From the NCBI RefSeq assembly GCF_006345805.1, contig NW_021829370.1, positions 1-6,507 of the forward strand: DNA of 6,507 nucleotides. Direction: 5' to 3'. Of the stretch, positions 1 to 6,507 are shown one piece after another. Numbering within the stretch: position 1 is the first letter of the stretch; each line of letters starts with the position of its first letter. The translations under genes were made by a program, and so were the position numbers. Under the pieces are notes generated by a model that was given only the letters and a program-made list of their open reading frames with translations, searched no databases and was not told the DNA's origin. This DNA is from Octopus sinensis (taxonomy: Eukaryota).

Positions 1-23
1 GTGTGTGTGTATGTATGTATATA

Positions 24-333
24 CCACCGTGATCACCGTGACCGACCAGGCTATCAGATGTTGCTACTCATCCCTGTTCACAATGCGCTTCGCATTGTTT
101 TACCCTTCAAATGACGCCACCCCGCTGGGCTAAGCAAGCAGGCCAACAGAAGAAAGAGTGAGAGAAAGTTGTGGCGAAAGAGTACAGCGGGGATCACTAC
201 CACCCCCTGCCGGACACTCGTGAAGCTTTAGGCGCTTTTGCTCAATAAACACTCACAACGCCCGGTTTGGGAATCGAAACCGCTTCCTACGACCGCGAGT
301 CCGCTGCCCTAACCACTGGGCCAATGCGCCTCC
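24..333 (-). mobile_element. tRNA-derived SINE, near full length (octopus-type family 1)
   Basis: Minus strand begins GGAGGCGCATTGGCCCAGTGGTTAGGGCAGCGGACTCGCGGTCGTAGGAAGCGGTTTCGATTCCC, a tRNA-like head with A and B boxes. The 3' end has an 8-bp hairpin (ACAATGCG-CTT-CGCATTGT, 80-98) and a tandem 9-mer tail (CACCGTGA at 25-32 and 34-41). Candidate 11-bp TSD GTAT[G/C]TATATA at 13-23 and 334-344 (10/11 match). Matches my recollection of an abundant Octopus SINE; family name not assigned. Confidence 0.85.
269..323 (-). promoter_or_regulatory. Internal RNA Pol III type-2 promoter of the SINE (A box 313-323, B box about 269-281)
   Basis: A box TGGCCCAGTGG fits TRGCNNARYGG exactly. B-box-like GGTTTCGATTCCC has one extra T versus the tRNA consensus GGTTCGATTCCC, at tRNA-like spacing. 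Confidence 0.7.
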
Positions 334-343
334 GTATCTATAT

Positions 344-395
344 ATGTGCGTGTGTGTGTGTGTGTGTGTTTGTGTGTGTGCATGTATGTGTGTAT
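344..395. repeat. (TG)n microsatellite, interrupted
   Basis: Direct read: tgtgcgtgtgtgtgtg...tgtgtgtgcatgtatgtgtgtat. Confidence 0.95.
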
Positions 396-574
396 CATGT
401 TTATATATAAATGCATATGTGCATAATTAGATAGAAGTATTGATGTATCAGTACACAGATATATTTATATTCACACATCTGCACATATGCATACGTGTGT
501 GTGTATGTGTGCATGTGTGCGTATTAATGACACGATTGTTCTGTGATAATAACTGTATGTTTTTTCTTTTCCAG

Positions 575-679
575 AGAAACCAACACAACACTATGAAGAG
601 AGACAAATATCGTATATATAGTAACGGGATATATCCCGAGGTGCATGCAAACTTTGCGCCCATCGGTGGTTACACTTAA
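575..679 (+). other. Candidate orphan coding exon (weak), unknown product
   Basis: Strong acceptor TGTTTTTTCTTTTCCAG ending at 574. The phase-0 frame is open for 34 aa (RNQHNTMKRDKYRIYSNGIYPEVHANFAPIGGYT*). No recognised homology. Confidence 0.2.
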
Positions 680-1249
680 AAATCTATGAGACACTTTGCC
701 CGACAGTTGAAATGCAGTTAATACTATTTTCGTTGCAGGAGATGAAAACGTGTTTTATATGCTGCAGAAAAAGAATAAAGGATTCTATAAATAGTAGTTA
801 ATTTACAGTTAATAAAACAGGATCCCGTGGCCGAATTCTCCATATGAATATAATGCTCATAACTGAAACATAATTGACATTTATTTTGAAATCTAAGTGG
901 AAAGGGGGAAATAGGGATAGCTATTGTGGAGTCTTTTGTATGAAAATATTTGTTAATGTATTCTAGTGGTTGCTTTCCTGTGGTGGTTTATGTGGAGCTT
1001 ATAGCGCGCGGTAACAGTCTTAGGTTTGCAGTTTAATAAATGTAAGTAAGGGTTGCAGAGAGTTACTATTTATAACTTTAAAATAAAGGTACGTAGAACA
1101 CAAGAAACATGAATCAAATGCATCGAAGAAGAAAAAGGCCTTAAGACGAAAATGTATCAATACGTTTTATCAATGGATAGGAAGCTGGATAAATGAAAAA
1201 TAATAATGCCATAAAGTATGACTTAAAATTCCACTTCTTAAATAATTCA

Positions 1250-1261
1250 TATATATATATA
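1250..1261 (+). repeat. Target-site duplication copy 1 (TATATATATATA) of the LINE
   Basis: An identical 12-mer at 1671-1682 directly abuts the other LINE end. Confidence 0.7.
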
Positions 1262-1670
1262 TTTTTTTTTAATTTTATCTAGTTTCAGCTCATGAGCTGT
1301 GGCCATGCTGGGGCACCGCCATTTGGTGTTGCTACATGATTTTACTTCACGAATGCTTTTTAGCAACTGCCATTTGTTGCATGAGAGAGTTCGATGCAGC
1401 TGCCCTCATCTGCACCTCCTACCGTGAAGTTGGTTCATCCGGGACACCTGACAGGAAGAGATCCAGACCTACTTTAAAGACATCCGCATCCACCCCATGC
1501 AGGTCCCTCAGATTCTTCGGGAGGACATTGAAGAGATATGGGCCTCGGAAGCCCAGGCTATCACAGTATCTTGTCCTACATCTTGATGGCAAATTTGGAG
1601 TCTTTGGCACCACGCAGTAGCGCCCAGTTCTGGCATTTGAGTAACTCTCGATGCCAAAGTTTGGGACAAC
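1262..1670 (-). mobile_element. 5'-truncated non-LTR retrotransposon (CR1/L2-group LINE), 3'-terminal 409 bp
   Basis: Encodes the ORF2 C-terminus, then a short 3'UTR with GGCGGTGCCCCAGCATGGCC, the palindrome CAGCTCATGAGCTG (1286-1299) and an A-rich tail (T-run 1262-1270 on plus). Bracketed by (TA)6 on both sides. Confidence 0.88.
1347..1670 (-). pseudogene. LINE ORF2 (reverse transcriptase polyprotein) C-terminal fragment with a premature stop
   Basis: Frame reads VVPNFGIESYSNARTGRYCVVPKTPNLPSRCRTRYCDSLGFRGPYLFNVLPKNLRDLHGVDADVFKVGLDLFLSGVPDEPTSR*EVQMRAAASNSLMQQMAVAKKHS*. The G-P-x-L-F-N-x-L-P ... F-K-x-x-L-D-x-F-L motif is typical of the post-RT C-terminus of CR1/L2-group LINEs. The TAG at 1419-1421 probably arose from CAG; terminal TGA at 1347-1349. 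Confidence 0.85.
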
Positions 1671-1682
1671 TATATATATATA
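1671..1682 (+). repeat. Target-site duplication copy 2 (TATATATATATA) of the LINE
   Basis: Identical to 1250-1261. Confidence 0.7.
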
Positions 1683-1833
1683 TTCCTCTTAAATCGATAG
1701 TCATAGCTTTTTAGGACCATATTTGTGGTTCTAAAAGTTCAACGTAGGTTGCACGTTTGTGAATTAATTTAAGTATTCACACTGGTCATGATATATACCC
1801 GTGTGTGCGCCTATGTGCGTTTGTGTGTGCTTG

Positions 1834-1857
1834 TATATATATAATATATATATATAT

Positions 1858-1932
<75 letters not shown>
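1834..1932. repeat. (TA)n microsatellite, about 100 bp
   Basis: Direct read; a few interruptions in the first third. Confidence 0.98.
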
Positions 1933-1934
<2 letters not shown>

Positions 1935-2157
1935 GGCGGTGAGCTGGCAAAAACTTTAGCACGCCGGGCGAAATGCGTATCCGTATTTCGTCTCCCGTTA
2001 CGTTCTGAGTTCAAATTCCGCCGAGGTCGACTTTGCCCTTCACCCTTTCGTGTCGATAAACTAAGTACCAGTTACGCACTGGGGTCAATGTAATCGACTT
2101 AATCCGTTTGTCTGTCCTTTTTGTCCCCTCTGTTTTAGCCCCTTGTGGGTAGTAGAG

Positions 2158-2162
<5 letters not shown>
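1935..2162 (+). mobile_element. tRNA-derived SINE (octopus-type family 2) with a Meta/MESC-like central domain
   Basis: Head GGCGGTGAGCTGGCAAAAACTTTAGCACGCCGGG; B-box-like GAGTTCAAATTCC at 2007-2019. The central GGTCGACTTTGCCCTTCACCCTTTCGTGTCGATAAACTAAGTACCA (2025-2070) resembles, from recall, the conserved Meta/MESC SINE domain. Sits between two long (TA)n tracts. Confidence 0.82.
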
Positions 2163-2205
<43 letters not shown>

Positions 2206-2213
2206 ATAATATA

Positions 2214-2258
<45 letters not shown>

Positions 2259-2264
2259 CATATA
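2163..2264. repeat. (TA)n microsatellite, about 100 bp
   Basis: Direct read. Confidence 0.98.
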
Positions 2265-3097
2265 GATTTGTATTATCTAAGTCTAAGTTTATGCCTCACA
2301 GAATTTACAGATTTTGTGTTGAATGTTAATTAATCAGTTTTGCCTCATACATATTAGTACTTCGTTAAACATCATTAAGTAATTATCGTCATAAAACTAG
2401 CACATACATTTGCATAGAAACATCTCTTCATATACGTCCTATTTGTAGAGGTATACATACATTTACACCCAGGAAAATAAATTTTCGTCACCGAAATATA
2501 AACGGAGAGTTAAACATGAAAATAGATCCAATAATACTTCAGACAAATATAAGGTTAAATCGTCTGCATACTAACATGGACATTTCATTGGATTTTATTA
2601 CATTTCATTTCGATTATACAAAATTATGATACATGTCATCGTAGTTATTTTGTATTAGAAAGTATGATTCGTGTTTCGAAAGTATGTGATTTATCGACGG
2701 TCTTAGGTAAATCCTTTTACAGTCACATTCATGGCTAATCAATACACGTTGTAAAGAAATGTGTATATGCAACGGGCATAAAATATTTGGAAACTACTTT
2801 TTTGACTTATCACCGCTATCTCTATGATAGTATTTTAATTGCTATGAAAGTTCGAGTCGAAAATTGTGTCTAAATAATAACCTTCGTTAGTTATCTAGAA
2901 CTGTGGGATTTTTCTTTCTAATCGTTCAGGAAGATATTCTCAATAAACATTTCAACAGCATTCGTAGGATGCTCACGAGCGCAAGTAATGGCGGTATCTG
3001 CAAAACAGCAGTAAATCATTAGTTATATGAGGACAACTTCCGTGATGCCTCTCCGCTGCTCGTTTAAAAACAGCAGGTTTTCTGTTTCATACTGTAT

Positions 3098-3153
<56 letters not shown>

Positions 3154-3154
3154 T

Positions 3155-3212
<58 letters not shown>

Positions 3213-3238
3213 TTAGATAGATAGATATATAGATAGAT

Positions 3239-3321
<83 letters not shown>

Positions 3322-3336
3322 GATAGATAGATAGAG

Positions 3337-3398
<62 letters not shown>

Positions 3399-3671
3399 GA
3401 GAAAGAGAGAGAGAGAGAGACTGACAGACAGATAGACAGACAGACAGACAGAGACAGAGAGAGACAGATAGATAGACAGATAGATAGACAGATAGAGAGA
3501 TAGATATAGAGATAGAGAGATAGAGAGATAGATAGAGATAGATAGAGAGATAGACAGAACGATAGATAGAGAGATAGATAGAGAGAGAGGCAAACAGACA
3601 GATAGACTGGCAGACAGATAGACAGATAGATAGATAGACAGATATACGGACAGATATACAAACAGACAGAC
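3098..3671 (+). repeat. Compound tetranucleotide microsatellite: (GATA)n to about 3395, short (GA)n, then mixed GACA/GATA/GAGA
   Basis: Direct read; source of the spurious YLSI-repeat ORFs. Confidence 0.98.
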
Positions 3672-4335
3672 GAATAATTAACCGGCAACAGCAAGCTTTC
3701 TACAGTTTCAGCAGTGTTTCAGCCTTATCCTGCATTAAAACTGCAGTATAATTGAGATAAATGCTGTAAAATTTTCAGACCTCTTCTGTAAATTATTGCA
3801 CGATGCCAACGATTCTATAATAGAACAGATTGTGAAAAACTTCTTATTTATTAACAAATTAGAGTCATTAATATCAAATTTCATTTCAAGATTTTCTCAA
3901 AGATTTATTCGTTTATAAATTTGTTTTGCAAGAATTTTCATGTGAAATCGTTTATGCTGAAACCAATATTATTTTATTAATCATAACTAATAAAGGTCAT
4001 AAGTACATCACTGATTATCGTTTTTGGGTATAATCTCGTTTTACTCACACAGAACCCAACATTTTTTACGATCCCTTTAGCATATGTCTTTGAGGAATAT
4101 TCGGATACGAAATATTACAAATACTTCTATTTCACGCTGGTATAAACATCATAAACATCATATCCAATAGTATTTTAATCAAATACCGTTTCCTGTGCTT
4201 ATATTAATTTAATTCTTTTGTGCCAAGCTGGAGCATTTGAATAATTCGTTTTATGTTTTATCTTAACTTTGTTCGGTTTTTGAAATGCTACCACGTTTGG
4301 ACTCTACCTATGAGGGTTTAGTCGAAAAAACCTTA

Positions 4336-4419
4336 GTACTAGGGCTGATTAGTTTGGCCAAAACTCTTTAAGGTGATAGCCAATCATTCCAATGACAAAA
4401 CAAGTAAAAGAAAAAAAAA
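4336..4419 (+). mobile_element. Highly degraded 3' tail of a SINE with the same LINE-type tail
   Basis: GTACTAGGGCTGATTAGTTTGGCCAAAACTCTTTAAGGTGAT...CATTCCAATGACAAAACAAGTAAAAG(A)n aligns loosely with a recalled octopus SINE 3' end (...AAGGCGGTG...CAGTCNAATGACTGAAACAAGTAAAAG) and with the tail at 5149-5208. Confidence 0.4.
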
Positions 4420-4921
4420 CGATAAACAAGATTCAGTGAGTATTTTCATAGGTTTTAATAAAACTCTTTCAACAGTTGGCACTATCACAATACTTAGCTC
4501 TTCAGTATCATTCGACGTTTCTTTTAACCGATACTTTATAAGTTTTCACTGAAAAGAGGGAAAACAGTGAAGATTTTTATCGCCTCTCTGTCAGAAAGAA
4601 AAATGTTAGATTTAAAATATCAACTGCAAAAATAGCTTAGCTATTATTAATCTGCGAATTTTGATATTCAATTAAATCACAATCAGTTGTCGGATTGAAT
4701 AAGAGAGTGAATGAATAAAAATGTGGAGAAGAATCGTTAATGTTGGAATCTAAACCAGAAATAACTACATCAATCTACTTGAATATTCTTATCAAATCAA
4801 ATAAAAGTTATCATTCTTTTCCTCCGCCTATTAACGAATAATAAATAGCAGCAGGGGCTTATATGATTCATTGTCGCTCATTCTATAGAACGCCTTTTAG
4901 CATTCATTCCTCGACACTTTC

Positions 4922-5021
<100 letters not shown>

Positions 5022-5148
5022 ACACTACCTATGATATGAAAATGTGTGCGTGCGCGTACATGTAAATATAGAATTCTGTATATAGTGAAGGACGGTGATG
5101 TACCTTCATGTACATAGGTAATTATATATAAATATATATATATATGTA

Positions 5149-5313
5149 TTTTTTCTTTTATTCTTTTATTGTTCAGTCGTTTGAGTGCGGCCATGCTGGA
5201 GCACCGCCTTTATTCGAAACAAATCGATCCCGCTACTGGAACGTAAACACACTGACATCGGTTGTCAAGCGATGATGAAGGGACAAACACAGACATACAA
5301 ATACATATAACAC

Positions 5314-5330
<17 letters not shown>
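5149..5330 (-). mobile_element. 3' half of a SINE (octopus-type family 3) with a LINE-derived tail; tRNA head not seen
   Basis: Minus strand reads TGTGTTTGTCCCTTCATCATCGCTTGACAACCGATGTCAGTGTGTTTACGTTCCAG...GGCGGTGCTCCAGCATGGCCGCACTCAAACGACTGAAC(AATAAAAG)2. The 20-mer at 5189-5208 is 19/20 identical to LINE 1301-1320. Confidence 0.8.
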
Positions 5331-5381
<51 letters not shown>

Positions 5382-5406
5382 GTATATATATACACACACA
5401 CTCACA

Positions 5407-5437
<31 letters not shown>

Positions 5438-5510
5438 CATATATATATACTACATATATATACAATATATATTATATAGATACATATACCACACACACAC
5501 ACACACACAT

Positions 5511-5564
<54 letters not shown>

Positions 5565-5586
5565 TATATACATATACATTTATATA
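5295..5586. repeat. Compound (CA)n/(TA)n microsatellite
   Basis: Alternating CA and TA blocks, read directly; source of the spurious IY/HT/CV ORFs. Confidence 0.97.
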
Positions 5587-5659
5587 AATTGAGGATATAA
5601 TCATTAAAATGGTTATATATGGACTAGCGTAAAAAAATTACCATATCGGTAAAATTAAT

Positions 5660-5977
5660 TTTTAAGCATATAATTATAAAAATATAATTCTAACTGAGGC
5701 CGGTGGAATGCCGGCACCTATACGCTAGAAGTAGACGTCAAATACCTAAAATCCATTCTAAATTTGTCCTCTGTATATAACCCTGTATTACAATGCGTGA
5801 AATCTTGAGATATGGGATTATCCGAAATTTTGTAAATCTTCTTTCGACCTAAAGTTAGAAATGGAGAAGAAACTTAGAGTGAAATATACGTATTTGACAT
5901 CTACTTCTAGCGTATAGGCGCTGGCATTCCAGCACCCTTCATTATAATTATATAAATGTTTTAATTATATACTTGAA
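5660..5977. mobile_element. Fold-back / MITE-like element with long imperfect inverted repeats
   Basis: 5704-5745 and 5890-5931 are 42-bp inverted repeats (39/42). Weaker inverted similarity continues inward (5746-5771 vs 5864-5889, 18/26 ungapped) and outward (about 5660-5703 vs 5932-5977, gapped). No ORF and no clean TSD. Confidence 0.65.
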
Positions 5978-6085
5978 AGAAATATATATATGTATACACA
6001 CATGCATAAAATTAACATGGCATCAAATTAAATTATAGGCATCAAATCATGGCATAAAAGCTGCAGTTTCCGGGGTGGGGGAAAT

Positions 6086-6190
6086 GTAGAGATATACACA
6101 TATATGTAGATATACATGTATATATAAATATATACATATACATGTATTTATAGACATGCATATGTATACACATTCACGCACACGTGCACA
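6086..6190. repeat. Degenerate TA/CA low-complexity tract
   Basis: Direct read: tagagatatacacatatatgtagatatacatgtatatata...cacgcacacgtgcaca. Confidence 0.8.
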
Positions 6191-6308
6191 AGCACAGAGA
6201 CGAGGTGCCTCTGGGTCGTAAGAGGTGCCGCTGAGTCATCAAGTGGGTGAGTTCCATTTCTGTCTGATGGTAATTTCGAAAAGCATGGTAGATTTCCTAA
6301 TTACGGGC

Positions 6309-6394
6309 TCATACTCGTTCGTGCATGGCCCCTAGCTCTTTAAATTCGTCGCAGATTGTTCGCGGAATTGAAGCTGACTGCTTCATTTCTTCAC
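6309..6394 (-). other. Candidate coding exon of a minus-strand host gene (weak), unknown product
   Basis: Acceptor GATTTGCTTTTTTTTTAG ending at 6395. The phase-1 frame reads (G)EEMKQSASIPRTICDEFKELGAMHERV*. The segment is noticeably richer in GC and CpG than its flanks. Possible donor GTATGA at 6314. Confidence 0.3.
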
Positions 6395-6507
6395 CTAAAA
6401 AAAAAGCAAATCATGCTGGCCTTTATAATCTCGAATTCAGAGCATAAGAGACATAGAAAGACGAAATCTTTCTATGATCTCTAGACATGAACACGCCATT
6501 TATTGCA

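Noticed and set aside
59-67. TGTTGCTAC shared between the SINE 3' region and the LINE 3'UTR (1327-1335)
   Set aside because: Only 9 bp, at different distances from the tail, with no flanking similarity.
258-333. Functional tRNA gene
   Set aside because: No clean cloverleaf or anticodon arm, and it is contiguous with a SINE body.
625-638. Perfect 14-bp palindrome CGGGATATATCCCG
   Set aside because: About 0.4 such palindromes are expected by chance in 6.5 kb (6500/4^7); no supporting context.
440-679. 79-aa plus and 71-aa minus ORFs as complete genes
   Set aside because: Partly TG/CA low-complexity sequence. Only the part after the 574 acceptor is kept as a weak exon candidate.
1336-1620. 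94-aa plus-strand ORF
   Set aside because: Antisense shadow of the LINE ORF2 fragment.
1811-2014. 67-aa minus-strand ORF
   Set aside because: Antisense SINE head plus (TA)n.
2658-2686. GAAAGTATG direct repeat at 20-bp spacing (also TAAACATCA x2 at 4142-4159)
   Set aside because: Only two short copies in AT-rich DNA, consistent with ordinary slippage; not CRISPR-like.
3023-3694. 223-aa and 126-aa minus-strand ORFs (YLSI repeats)
   Set aside because: Translation of (CTAT)n, which is stop-free by composition; not genes.
4380-4610. Two strong minus-strand acceptors (4587, about 4548) with branch-like CTAAC
   Set aside because: All frames stop within 17 codons, and the long open frame begins with TGA right after the second acceptor.
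6072-6081. GGGGTGGGGG as a G-quadruplex
   Set aside because: Only two G-runs, insufficient for an intramolecular G4.
6325-6355. Kunitz-like C-x6-GPC motif in the frameshift-corrected peptide
   Set aside because: It requires an indel, and the remaining Kunitz cysteines and YGGC motif are absent.

Overview
This is AT-rich, repeat-dense eukaryotic genomic DNA (intronic or intergenic), with no prokaryotic genes, CRISPR arrays, rRNA or intact tRNA. The SINE families and the abundance of microsatellites point to a coleoid cephalopod, most likely Octopus; this rests on recalled repeat consensi, not a database search. The window holds two near-complete tRNA-derived SINEs of different families (24-333 minus, 1935-2162 plus), a 5'-truncated CR1/L2-group LINE inserted in (TA)n with a 12-bp TSD (1262-1670 minus), the 3' half of a third SINE family (5149-5330 minus), a degraded SINE tail (about 4336-4419), large (TA)n, (GATA)n, (TATC)n and compound microsatellites, and a roughly 320-bp fold-back/MITE-like element (about 5660-5977). 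Most ORFs in the supplied track are microsatellite artefacts; only 1419-1613 minus is real (dead LINE ORF2). The most notable observations are a LINE and a SINE sharing a 3' tail with a covarying hairpin, the fold-back element whose core mismatches all fall at CpG, retroposons consistently abutting TA-rich microsatellites, and a few weak orphan exon candidates. I found no evidence for a novel protein-coding system.
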